From positions 10,553-74,552 of the forward strand of contig JAJPXU010000011.1 of the NCBI GenBank assembly GCA_021205305.1: a DNA stretch of 64,000 nucleotides, given 5' to 3'. Each line of letters begins with the position of its first letter. Position 1 is the first letter of the stretch. Below, piece by piece: positions 26,213-35,138 of this stretch. Under the pieces are notes generated by a model. The model saw only the letters and a program-made list of their open reading frames with translations, searched no databases and was not told where the DNA came from. A program made the position numbers and the translations under genes. Origin of the DNA: Lachnospiraceae bacterium (GTDB taxonomy: Bacteria; Bacillota; Clostridia; Lachnospirales; Lachnospiraceae).

Positions 26213-28233
26213 ATTCCTGCAAGCAGATCTTCCATCTGGCGGCTTTTTTTCGTGAGTTTCCAAATAAGCACTGCAATCAGAAGCAGAAAAAACAGAATCA
26301 TGATTACTATCGTCACTGCCCACCACTGGTTTGAAGTACTCTCTTCCTCTGCTTCAATGGAAAGTTCCACCACCTGCGGTGCTGCGATTGTTGTGGTAAA
26401 TTCCCGCGTATCGGTGTAAACTGTCCCGTAAGCATCCTCCCAGGTAAGAGTAAGCGTCCCTGTTGTGGAACCATATGCAGTCTCAGCATTAACATCATTG
26501 GCAGTGTCGGAGGCTTCTGTTCCCTGCGACGATTCATCTTTATCGTTTAAATTACTGACATAAATCTTAATCGTCCCATCGTTGGAAGTCCCTGCTTCCA
26601 TGTTTCCGGCATAAACCGTGTTCGTTGCGATCAGTCCGTCCGCTTCCAAAGATACCTGTACATTGTAAACCGGTCCGCGCCCGGTATTGCGAACCTCCAG
26701 TGTCGCCGTTACTGTCTCCAACGAATACACAGAATCGGACAGGTTAAAATTTTCGATGGAAACCTGCGTTTCCTGGCTGATGTCAAAAAACAGTTCTTCC
26801 GAATCGCTTAAGGACGTTCCGTCCGAAGTTTCATACACGAAAGAATAGTTTAAAGCAGCAATTTTTTGTGTCGCTGCGGCTGAAGCGGCAATCGTGTTTT
26901 CCAGCGTGATCACTTCCTGCGGGGCAATCTGATCATAATAGTAAGAGGTGGATGAAAGCGCAACATTCTCATCTGCTGTATTTACCGTGATTTTCAGACT
27001 ATACACGGTCTGGTCATCGCTCGTATTCTGGAAGCTTGTGATAAAATCCATCTGCTCCCCTGCCGGAAGCAAAGCTCCGCTAAGTGAGCATTCTTTCAGC
27101 AAAATATGCGGCTGGTGCTTCACCGCACTGCTGCTTGCACTGCCACTGTAACTGCTCCCGGAAGAATAATACGTCGTTACAGCTTCCATTTCTGTTTCAG
27201 ATTCTGTCTCCGTTTCGGATTCTGTCTCCGTTTCGGGTTCCGATTCTGACCCGGATTCTGTCTGAAACTCCGGCTCTGGTTCCGTAACAATCAGCGCGTC
27301 CGTCTCTGATTCTGGTTCCCAATTCGTTTCGCTCTCTGTCTGTTGCCGGGAATCGGATTCCAGGGTCACTGTCATCCGGCAGGTCATCTCAGATTTCACA
27401 CCGGAAGCAGAATAAGCGACCGCTTTCACTGTAACCGGATACTGCCCTGACTGGTAATCATCCGCAAGTGTAAATTCAGCTTGAAAGAGGTATGCGTCCA
27501 CGCTTTCCAAAGTACCGTCCAGATGCGAAGCATTTTCCTCAATGGATGGCACCTGATAAGTCAGTAAAAACACTTCCTCCTCATACTCCGCCTTTTCAAA
27601 AGGGGAATCCAGAGCAGATTCCACCGTTACCGTCAGCTTATTCTCCAATACCGGAGCATCTGCCACAAATGGAATTACAAGAGAAACCGTATTTTCTTTT
27701 ATCGATGGAACATATCCCTCTATATAAGATAATTCCATTCCTTCATACACATGATATACATCAATAGAAAGAGAAATCTGTGAAAATTCTGCCCCTGCAT
27801 CCGAATTTCCAGTGTCTGCATTTCCCATATCGTCAGCTACAGAAGCAATCGTGCCTGTTTCGTTATTATACATCGTGTTTTCCTGATTGGTTATCGATTC
27901 CAAAGCAGAATCCGGAATAGCGGAGGACGGCACCTCTTCCATGCTGTCGATTTGGAGAGCCTCGCCATTCTGAATCGAGCTCTGCTCGATGGCGAGGCCT
28001 TCGTCCTCGATTCTCTGCGAGAATCGGGACATGTTTTGGAGAGCCTCGCCATTCTGAATCGAGCTTTGCTCGATGGCGAGGCTCTCTGTTTCCTGCCCTT
28101 CCAGCACAACCGCTTCCTCAGCCAGTGCAATCCAGCGGAAAGATACTACGGCCGAAGCAAAAACAAGGACAGCCAAAAAAGCTGCAAGTATCCTGTATCG
28201 TATGGCATTCTTCTCGCTGCTCATATACCGCAT
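26194..28233 (-). CDS. COG1361-like surface protein (signal/TM, Ig-like domains, C-terminal TM)
   Basis: N-terminal hydrophobic leader, QPHILLK...NTG..PVYNVQV..GNMEAG motifs, C-terminal WWAVTIVIMILFFLLLIAVLIWK. Confidence 0.7.
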   Translation of the reverse strand: MRYMSSEKNAIRYRILAAFLAVLVFASAVVSFRWIALAEEAVVLEGQETESLAIEQSSIQNGEALQNMSRFSQRIEDEGLAIEQSSIQNGEALQIDSMEEVPSSAIPDSALESITNQENTMYNNETGTIASVADDMGNADTGNSDAGAEFSQISLSIDVYHVYEGMELSYIEGYVPSIKENTVSLVIPFVADAPVLENKLTVTVESALDSPFEKAEYEEEVFLLTYQVPSIEENASHLDGTLESVDAYLFQAEFTLADDYQSGQYPVTVKAVAYSASGVKSEMTCRMTVTLESDSRQQTESETNWEPESETDALIVTEPEPEFQTESGSESEPETETESETETESETEMEAVTTYYSSGSSYSGSASSSAVKHQPHILLKECSLSGALLPAGEQMDFITSFQNTSDDQTVYSLKITVNTADENVALSSTSYYYDQIAPQEVITLENTIAASAAATQKIAALNYSFVYETSDGTSLSDSEELFFDISQETQVSIENFNLSDSVYSLETVTATLEVRNTGRGPVYNVQVSLEADGLIATNTVYAGNMEAGTSNDGTIKIYVSNLNDKDESSQGTEASDTANDVNAETAYGSTTGTLTLTWEDAYGTVYTDTREFTTTIAAPQVVELSIEAEEESTSNQWWAVTIVIMILFFLLLIAVLIWKLTKKSRQMEDLLAGMENLAD
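27952..28082 (-). repeat. In-frame A-B-A palindromic repeat mosaic inside the coding sequence
   Basis: Two 47-nt copies (27952-27998, 28036-28082; one mismatch, 84-nt offset) encode LAIEQSSIQNGEALQ twice around a CGATTCTC-GCA-GAGAATCG hairpin. Confidence 0.9.
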
Positions 28234-28313
28234 CCTCCTTCTTTCCTTTCAGCACTTTCCACGGGTACGTTCCTCTGTCTGATTTTCTATTCTTTCTGTA
28301 ATCTTTCTCATTA

Positions 28314-28430
28314 CATGTCCATGATTTGCGAAGCAAATCATGAACGAAGGCAATGTTCCGATTTTCGCAGAAAATCGAGAACGGTACCGAGCCATCGAGC
28401 GAAGCTCGATTTATAATGGCGAGGCTCTCC
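28314..28430 (+). repeat. Intergenic B-B-A palindromic mosaic
   Basis: ATGATTTGC-GAA-GCAAATCAT, CGATTTTC-GCA-GAAAATCG, ATCGAGC-GAA-GCTCGAT...ATGGCGAGGCTCTCC. Confidence 0.85.
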
Positions 28431-29061
28431 GCATCACGCCGCCATCCATCTCAAACACCCGGTCGCAAAGGATACGAATATCCTCACTGTTATGACTCGC
28501 AAGCAGGATTGTTTTTCCCTTTTGCTTCTGGGCAAGCAGCAGTCTGCGAATCTCCGCAACGCCATGGCGGTCAAGACCGTTAAACGGTTCATCGAGGATC
28601 AGAAGCTCCGGCTCTTCCATAATCGCCTGCGCAATGCCCAGCCGCTGCCGCATCCCCAGTGAATATTTTGCGACCGGCTTTTTCAATTCTGGATCAAGGC
28701 CGACACGCATAAGAACGGACGTGATTTCCTTTCTTCCGATCTGTCCACGCAAATCCGCCAGAATTTCCAGGTTTCTCCGCCCGCTTAAATTAGAAAGGAA
28801 TCCCGGTGTCTCGATGATCACCCCAAGGCTCTCCGGAAAGTCTACATCATAGCCAATCCGTTTCCCGCCAACTGTGATCTGCCCTTCCGTCACCGGCAGA
28901 AAACCGCAGATGCATTTCATGAGAACCGTTTTTCCGGAGCCATTGTTCCCACAGATACCGTAAGTCCTGCCCCGTTCCACTGCAAAATCCAGAGGTTTTA
29001 ACACTTCCTCCGCGCCAAAACATTTTCGCACATGGCGCAGCTGAATATAATAATCTGTCAT
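28411..29061 (-). CDS. ABC transporter ATP-binding protein (BcrA/LanF-like export type)
   Basis: Walker A GNNGSGKT, signature YSLGMRQRLG, Walker B LLILDEP, ASH; start MTDYYI. Confidence 0.93.
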   Translation of the reverse strand: MTDYYIQLRHVRKCFGAEEVLKPLDFAVERGRTYGICGNNGSGKTVLMKCICGFLPVTEGQITVGGKRIGYDVDFPESLGVIIETPGFLSNLSGRRNLEILADLRGQIGRKEITSVLMRVGLDPELKKPVAKYSLGMRQRLGIAQAIMEEPELLILDEPFNGLDRHGVAEIRRLLLAQKQKGKTILLASHNSEDIRILCDRVFEMDGGVMRRASPL

Positions 29062-29185
29062 AATTTTTTCACTCCCTCCCGTTGCTTCCCTGTGTCTTTT
29101 ACGAAAATTTTTCTCATATCCATTTCTGTCTTTTTTACTCGTTTTCCTGCGATTAATCATTTCTTTCACAGTTACATTTTTTCTT

Positions 29186-29914
29186 TTATATCTCTCTCAA
29201 CTCCCATTTCAGCACGATCCAGTGCAGCACGGCACAGAATAACGCGAGTAAAAGCAGAAACATCCAGAGCCCCATCTGGTTGCTTCCCCAGTCATTTTCT
29301 GCCATAATCCATTCCGTTGGGTCAATGCAGTAAAGCGCTTCAAAATAACGCTCCCGCAGGATGATGCAGGCATACCATAAAAGAAAAGGAACGCCGAACG
29401 CCAGATACACGCTGCCGCCAAGGGCACCGGCAACTGCGGAAAGACTGGCAAGCGATGAAGCCGAAAGCAGGATGCGTCCCAGCGTGGCAAGCAAAGTAAA
29501 AATCGTACTCATCGGCCAGTTCCACAGTGCTTCGCGGCTGAAAAAAAGCAAAAAAAAGAAAAGCCCCGCGAAAAATGCCCCCAAAAACCAGACAATCGCT
29601 CCGGAAAGCGCGGTCGTCACCACCTTGTCCAGACAGTAAACCGCTTTGCTCCGACGAATAATCAGGAAGCGCAAAAAACGGGAATCCTTTTCCCGCAGAT
29701 ACTCCTCTCCGCAGGGCAGGACGGCAGCGAGCGGCAAAATAAAAAGCACGGTCTGAGACTGCAGGGAACTGTTCAGCAGCTCCAGAAAGGTACCGCAAGC
29801 CAGAGGCGAATCTTTTTTCGTCTCCGGCCAGACGGTTCCGGCTATGATAGCCGCCACGGAAAGCAGCACCGCCAGATAGAATTTTTTCTCATGCAGCATT
29901 CTGGTAAAATCCAT
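29186..29914 (-). CDS. ABC-2-type membrane subunit (putative)
   Basis: About six hydrophobic segments; adjacent to the ATPase. Confidence 0.7.
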   Translation of the reverse strand: MDFTRMLHEKKFYLAVLLSVAAIIAGTVWPETKKDSPLACGTFLELLNSSLQSQTVLFILPLAAVLPCGEEYLREKDSRFLRFLIIRRSKAVYCLDKVVTTALSGAIVWFLGAFFAGLFFFLLFFSREALWNWPMSTIFTLLATLGRILLSASSLASLSAVAGALGGSVYLAFGVPFLLWYACIILRERYFEALYCIDPTEWIMAENDWGSNQMGLWMFLLLLALFCAVLHWIVLKWELREI

Positions 29915-31564
29915 CTAATACCCCAGACTGCGGTCGATGATCGTGCCGTCCGCCGCATTAATCGTCAGGAAGCTATTGCCCGGATAATCAATATAGCTCG
30001 TATATTCTACTCCATCGTATGTACTGTGTGTTTCCTCGCTTCCGAAGAAATCCCACACCGGCACAAGCGTTCCGCTGCGGCTGTCCGCGCCCGGATCATA
30101 GATGCGCATATATCCAAGAGTGACTTCTGTAATTTCCAGACTTGCGGAATCCTCGTAGCTGTCTGTGTGCTGGATCACGATCATCTGCTCAAATATTTCT
30201 GCTATTTCGGAGAAAGAAAGCATATCCACGTTCTCATACTTCTTTTCTCCGACCTCGTACAGATTCTGAATCTCTGCTTCCTGCAGGCCATCTGCATTCA
30301 CAATAAAGGTCACTAATTCATAGCACCACGGTTCCGTCGTGCTTTCCATGGATTCCAGTCCGCCGCCCTCTTTCATCTCGTAGGTAACGGGGATCCCGTC
30401 GAGTGTCCGTGTGTAAACAATGTACCAGCCTCCGTCGATGCAGCTTGCCGTGTACGTATATGATGTAAAGAGATCACTCTCCAGGCTCCGCCACGCATGC
30501 GTCGTGAAGCCCACAGAGAATTCGTCAGACAGCCCCAGCTGCTCCATATACGTGTCTGTAACTGCGATTGCCTCCTCCACCGTGATTCCCGCCAGTTCCT
30601 CACACTTCTCCTGCGTTGGTCGATAAGCATTGGAAGCATAAGCTTCTGAATCGTAGCAGGTTTCCTTCCAGCTGACATTCTCTGCCAGCTCTTCCTTATC
30701 AGCATAGCGGGAAATTTTAATCGACATCGGTGTAGGGGATGAACTCTTCAAAATATAGGAAAAAAGACCGTCCTCCGTTTCCACGAATCCGTTAAAATAA
30801 CCTTCATAGTACACCGTGTTTCCATTCTCATCCTCGTAAGAGGTTACGCCAAAACCGGGCGTGACTTCCGTCTTTTCCACCGTTTCCGGAGCTTCCGCAT
30901 AAACCTGCTCCCACTCATCAATCTCTTCCTGAAGGTTGAAGATATCATCCTCCGTGACAGACCCATCCTCAAATGCGCCGCTTTCTCTTGCAGCTTCGAT
31001 ATAACCGTATGGATCTGTATTGCCCTCCGCTTGATACTCCTTCAGCTCATTTAGTTTCTCCAATGCCTCTGTCTTTGTCGTCTGATAGTAATAAGCATAA
31101 TCGTAAACCGGGTTTTCTCCGAAAAAAGCTTCAGTTACCAGGTCAATAAATTCCTGAGTGAATTCCATCTGAGAAACCGAGTAAACCGGCACCTGTGAGA
31201 CATCCGGCACCTCAACCATAGCGTTGTTACTGGTCATAGTGAAGCTTCCGTCGGATGTGGAGGCTGCCGCGGTGTAGGTGTCCGGCACGCCAAGGCGGGT
31301 GGCGAGGACATTTTCAGCATTACCGCTAACGGTATCTTCCTGGTCAATGCTTCCTGTGTCCGGTTCATCCTCTAACGATACTTCAACTCCAGAAACATTC
31401 TGCGTCTCACCCGTCTCTTCAGATGAACCGTCATCCGCCTCACGGTAATTATCCTGACTCTGGCTTCCCTTCTGCCGCACAATGCTGCTATCCGGTGTGG
31501 CAGCGCAGCCCGATAACAACATTGCGCTAAGCAACAGGGCAAGGTAACGTCTTCTATTTTTCAT
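29915..31564 (-). CDS. Acidic lipoprotein (DUF6034-like)
   Basis: Lipobox LLSGC; C-terminal LVPVWDFFG...LTINAADGTIIDRSLGY. Confidence 0.75.
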   Translation of the reverse strand: MKNRRRYLALLLSAMLLSGCAATPDSSIVRQKGSQSQDNYREADDGSSEETGETQNVSGVEVSLEDEPDTGSIDQEDTVSGNAENVLATRLGVPDTYTAAASTSDGSFTMTSNNAMVEVPDVSQVPVYSVSQMEFTQEFIDLVTEAFFGENPVYDYAYYYQTTKTEALEKLNELKEYQAEGNTDPYGYIEAARESGAFEDGSVTEDDIFNLQEEIDEWEQVYAEAPETVEKTEVTPGFGVTSYEDENGNTVYYEGYFNGFVETEDGLFSYILKSSSPTPMSIKISRYADKEELAENVSWKETCYDSEAYASNAYRPTQEKCEELAGITVEEAIAVTDTYMEQLGLSDEFSVGFTTHAWRSLESDLFTSYTYTASCIDGGWYIVYTRTLDGIPVTYEMKEGGGLESMESTTEPWCYELVTFIVNADGLQEAEIQNLYEVGEKKYENVDMLSFSEIAEIFEQMIVIQHTDSYEDSASLEITEVTLGYMRIYDPGADSRSGTLVPVWDFFGSEETHSTYDGVEYTSYIDYPGNSFLTINAADGTIIDRSLGY

Positions 31565-31657
31565 AATGCTCCCCTTTCAATGCAGCAGTAACTGCCTTAC
31601 GTTTTCTTCTTACGATCACAGTATATCAGGAAAGATGTTGCCAAGTCCTTGCCAAGT

Positions 31658-31678
31658 TGTAACCAAATTGTAAACGTT
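31658..31678 (-). promoter_or_regulatory. Candidate OmpR-family operator upstream of the lipoprotein/ABC operon
   Basis: TGTAACCAAATTGTAAACGTT, identical to 35014-35034; 33 nt from a TATACT -10 (31620-31625). Confidence 0.75.
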
Positions 31679-31700
31679 ATAGGCGAATCAGATTTCACTT

Positions 31701-32630
31701 TCACGTCCCCAAAAACGTAAAGTTATACTTCTTCACCGCCCTCCAGGAAATGATAATTCCAGCTGCCAGTATTCCTCCAAAAATCAGCAGAGACTGCGCG
31801 ATGGACGGCAGGTTGTCATATCCGAAATCATGCATCCCATAGACCGCGTTGTTCAGCGGACTGATCCAGCCGACAATGCTGCGGACACGATAGAGCTCCC
31901 AGGTCTCAAACCCCAGTATTTTCCCTAATACATCCGGGTCGAGCAGAAATCCATACAGGCTGTAAAGCAGAGCAAAAAACATCCCTGCCTTTTTTCCGAA
32001 CAGCAGATTGCCCGGCAGAATCAGAAATCCAAGCGTCAGGCTGTAAGCAAACATCAGCAGTGCAACCTGCGCCATACAGCCGATGGGGGTAATGCTCTCC
32101 ATTACCTTGACGGTAGATGGAACATTCAGCTGATCGCCTAAAGAGGAATATCCAAGGATGGCCGCCGTCTCACTCCACAGATCTCCTGTGTAGGAATATT
32201 TCATGCAGAGCACGACTGTGACAATCAGGATAAAGAGAATGTACAGCGCTGTGCAGAGCATGATATAGAGCAGCTGCGAAATCAGCCAGCGGCTTTTCGT
32301 TGTCCGCATCAGGTGAAACGGCGTAAATGGCGTCAGCTTCGGCAGATCAGAAAACAAAAAGATCAGAAGCATAGAAATCAGCAGAATTGCAGTAGAATCA
32401 CCGAATGTCCAGATAAATGGCTCCGCTGCCTGCATGGTTGTCCCGTAATATTCAGCCACCTCTGTGACACGGCTGCTCAGCAAAAAACAGAGCACTACGC
32501 CGAAAAGGAAGAGGATGATTGTCCTCGGGTTTCGGAAAAAACCGAGGAAGCAGCAGCGTGTGGCAGAAAGTATCTGGTGAGCCTTCCCTCTAAAGTTTAA
32601 CCCTTTCCTCTCATTTTGTTTGAAAAACAT
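31701..32630 (-). CDS. Second ABC-2-type membrane subunit (putative)
   Basis: About six TM segments; LIFLFSDLP...MRTTKSRW pattern; 5' end overlaps the kinase stop. Confidence 0.7.
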   Translation of the reverse strand: MFFKQNERKGLNFRGKAHQILSATRCCFLGFFRNPRTIILFLFGVVLCFLLSSRVTEVAEYYGTTMQAAEPFIWTFGDSTAILLISMLLIFLFSDLPKLTPFTPFHLMRTTKSRWLISQLLYIMLCTALYILFILIVTVVLCMKYSYTGDLWSETAAILGYSSLGDQLNVPSTVKVMESITPIGCMAQVALLMFAYSLTLGFLILPGNLLFGKKAGMFFALLYSLYGFLLDPDVLGKILGFETWELYRVRSIVGWISPLNNAVYGMHDFGYDNLPSIAQSLLIFGGILAAGIIISWRAVKKYNFTFLGT

Positions 32631-34200
32631 TCCACCTCACCCCAATCCGGCTGCCTTCTCCCGGCACGCTTTGCACTTCCATCCTGCCGCCATGCAGTCT
32701 GGCAATCTGCGCACACAAAGCCAGTCCCAGTCCAGCACCGCCTTCCCGGCGTGTTCTGGCTTTATCCGCCATGTAAAATGGTTCCAGAATCTTTTCCTGT
32801 TCCTCCGATGCGACGCCGCAGCCCTCATCCTGAACAAACAACCCTTCCGGAGAAGCAATCAATGTAATGGTGCTGCCCTGCGGGCTGGCTTTCCTTGCAT
32901 TGTCAATCAGATTGGTCAGCAAAGAGAGCAGCAAATCCTCATCTCCGGTGACAATCAGGGAAGAATCCTTTTGCAGCGGCCCGCTTCCCGATCGCTCCAA
33001 CTGCTCCGCATCGTTTTGATTTGGCGCGTCCTGAATCATAAATCGCAGCAAAATCTCTTTTTCCTCCAGTCGTTTCTGAACGATGTCTTTTGCTTTCGAG
33101 AAAAGTGTTTCAACGGAAATATCCTGCGATTCGATATCGGATTCATCCGACAGGTCAATCAATTGAAGCATTTTTACGGACAGGCGTGAAAGCCGCCGGC
33201 TTTCCTGCTCGATATAATTCAGCGCAGACACCTGACGTTCCGGGGAAAGCGAAACGCGCTGCAGCAGCTCCGCATATCCCTGAATGCTGGTCATCGGTGT
33301 CTTCAGTTCATGGGAAAGCGCGCCGAGCAGCATTCGCTGTTTCTCATTCATTTGGGCTAATGTCCGGATATGTTCGTCCACATTCTCTGCCATGCGATTG
33401 AAGGCCAGTGCGATTTCCGTGACTTCATCTTCCTTTTTTCCTGTGTTCCTCTTCAACAGAACACGTCCTTCATACTGTCCATCCGCAATGACATTGGCCG
33501 CGTCCTTCAACTGATAAAGCGGCGCAAAAAGTCTGCGTATAATCAGAGTCAGTGCGCATCCCAAAATCACCGCAAGAACCAGCGAAACAAGGATTCCGCG
33601 CACAAAAAGAAGCCTGCTTTCCCGGAAAACAGCTGTGACATCGCGATAATGCAAAAGGGCAAATCCATTTTCTGAACGATACGAAGCTTCCTCTATGTAA
33701 GTAACCACAAGAATACTCCCGTTTACCCTGGCAAGATAGGCGGCAGTGTCATTGAAATGGTACGCACTGGAGAGCGCATATTTCTCGTACTTTTCATCAA
33801 GAGGCGTCCCCGCTTCCAGGTCAAACTCATAGGGTGTGCTGTTCACAAGTATCTCGCCATCATAATAAAGTACAGCATCCGTACTGTAGGAGCTCAGGAA
33901 AACAGACCGCGCCGCGGCCGGTATCCAGCGGTCGTCCGTGATGCCAAGCTTTGAAAGCTGCTTCGAAAAAGCGCTCATATCAGAAGAAAGTGCCGTCTGT
34001 TCATCTCCAAGCACAACACCAATCATCCGCATCTGCGTCTCATACAGGTTCCAGATGGAAAAAATCTGAGATAATACAAGAAGCAGCAGCGCTGACACGA
34101 CTGATAGTTTTGTTCTTAAAAGCCACCCTGGGCGAACAGGCCTGGAATGAACAGCATTTCCTGCCTCTGGATGAAGCGGATCTGTATTTTCGCGTCTCAT
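32611..34200 (-). CDS. HAMP-domain sensor histidine kinase
   Basis: Two TMs, HAMP, HELKTP H-box, NLIDNARK, DEGCG, GLGL. Confidence 0.95.
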   Translation of the reverse strand: MRRENTDPLHPEAGNAVHSRPVRPGWLLRTKLSVVSALLLLVLSQIFSIWNLYETQMRMIGVVLGDEQTALSSDMSAFSKQLSKLGITDDRWIPAAARSVFLSSYSTDAVLYYDGEILVNSTPYEFDLEAGTPLDEKYEKYALSSAYHFNDTAAYLARVNGSILVVTYIEEASYRSENGFALLHYRDVTAVFRESRLLFVRGILVSLVLAVILGCALTLIIRRLFAPLYQLKDAANVIADGQYEGRVLLKRNTGKKEDEVTEIALAFNRMAENVDEHIRTLAQMNEKQRMLLGALSHELKTPMTSIQGYAELLQRVSLSPERQVSALNYIEQESRRLSRLSVKMLQLIDLSDESDIESQDISVETLFSKAKDIVQKRLEEKEILLRFMIQDAPNQNDAEQLERSGSGPLQKDSSLIVTGDEDLLLSLLTNLIDNARKASPQGSTITLIASPEGLFVQDEGCGVASEEQEKILEPFYMADKARTRREGGAGLGLALCAQIARLHGGRMEVQSVPGEGSRIGVRWNVFQTK

Positions 34201-34216
34201 GTATCAGCCTCCTCAC

Positions 34217-34885
34217 TCATTGGGAATTTAGTCGGTAACCGATGCGGGGCACAGTCTGAATCACATCCTGGAAATCCAGTTTTTTCCGCAGTCTCGCAAT
34301 ATGCACATCAATCGTGCGCGTCTCGCCGTCAAAATCCACACCCCACAGCGCATTGATCAGCTGTTCACGACTGAGAGCGATGTTTTTATATTTCACAAGC
34401 TGTAGCAGACAGTCAAATTCCATTGGTTTCAGAGAAATCTCCCTTCCTGCTTTCGTTACCCGCCGCTCCTCCGGAAAAATCTCGACATCCCGCACCACGA
34501 AGATTTCCGCCTCCTTTCGGTACCGCGCCAGCACTTTTTCCACACGCACAAGCAGCTCCAGCATTTCAAACGGCTTAACGATATAGTCCTCCGCCCCGTC
34601 CTTTAAGCCATGAATCTTGCTGTTCAGGTCGCCCTTAGCCGTCAGAAAAATCACCGGAATTTTCAATGCGCGCAACTGGGGTAGCAGCGCGAAACCGTCT
34701 TTACCCGGAAGCATGACATCCAGGAGTGCCAGATCGATCCACGGATTCTTCTCGTCATGAAGCCATACACTGACCGCATCGCCGTCCCAGAATGGCATCG
34801 GCTCATACCCCGCCGTCTCCAGATTGATACAAATCAGTTCATTGATTGCCGCCGAATCCTCAATGACCAGTATTCTTTCTTTCAT
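34217..34885 (-). CDS. OmpR-family response regulator
   Basis: ILVIED, LLDVMLP, FLTAK, KPF, winged helix RTIDVHIARLRKK, GYRL; start MKERIL. Confidence 0.96.
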   Translation of the reverse strand: MKERILVIEDSAAINELICINLETAGYEPMPFWDGDAVSVWLHDEKNPWIDLALLDVMLPGKDGFALLPQLRALKIPVIFLTAKGDLNSKIHGLKDGAEDYIVKPFEMLELLVRVEKVLARYRKEAEIFVVRDVEIFPEERRVTKAGREISLKPMEFDCLLQLVKYKNIALSREQLINALWGVDFDGETRTIDVHIARLRKKLDFQDVIQTVPRIGYRLNSQ

Positions 34886-35013
34886 ATACACACACGCTTC
34901 CCCAATAAATAAATTTTGGCAGGAACGCAGCTGTTCGTTTTTCACAATTTCAAACAAACTGCTTTCCTGCCATTTACTATAATACGGGCTGGCTTGTTTT
35001 TCAATGGATGGGA

Positions 35014-35034
35014 TGTAACCAAATTGTAAACGTT
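35014..35034 (-). promoter_or_regulatory. Candidate autoregulatory operator upstream of the response regulator
   Basis: Same 21-mer as 31658-31678; 33 nt from a TATAGT -10 (34976-34981), with TTGAAA -35 at 34998-35003. Confidence 0.75.
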
Positions 35035-35138
35035 TTTTATCACACCAGTCTGATCTTTATACTCTTTTTTCCCTGGCTGCTTATATAATAAGGCCGAACA
35101 TCAATCTATAAAGTAAGCACAAAGAAGTTCCATAGTTG

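Noticed and set aside
27190-27345. ESETET-type repeats in the COG1361-like gene
   Set aside because: Ordinary low-complexity linker with no hairpin or dispersed-repeat character.
27952-28082. Two 47-nt repeats with a 37-nt spacer resembling a mini-CRISPR
   Set aside because: Only two repeats, the spacer is itself a known repeat module (B), it lies in frame in a gene, and there are no cas genes.
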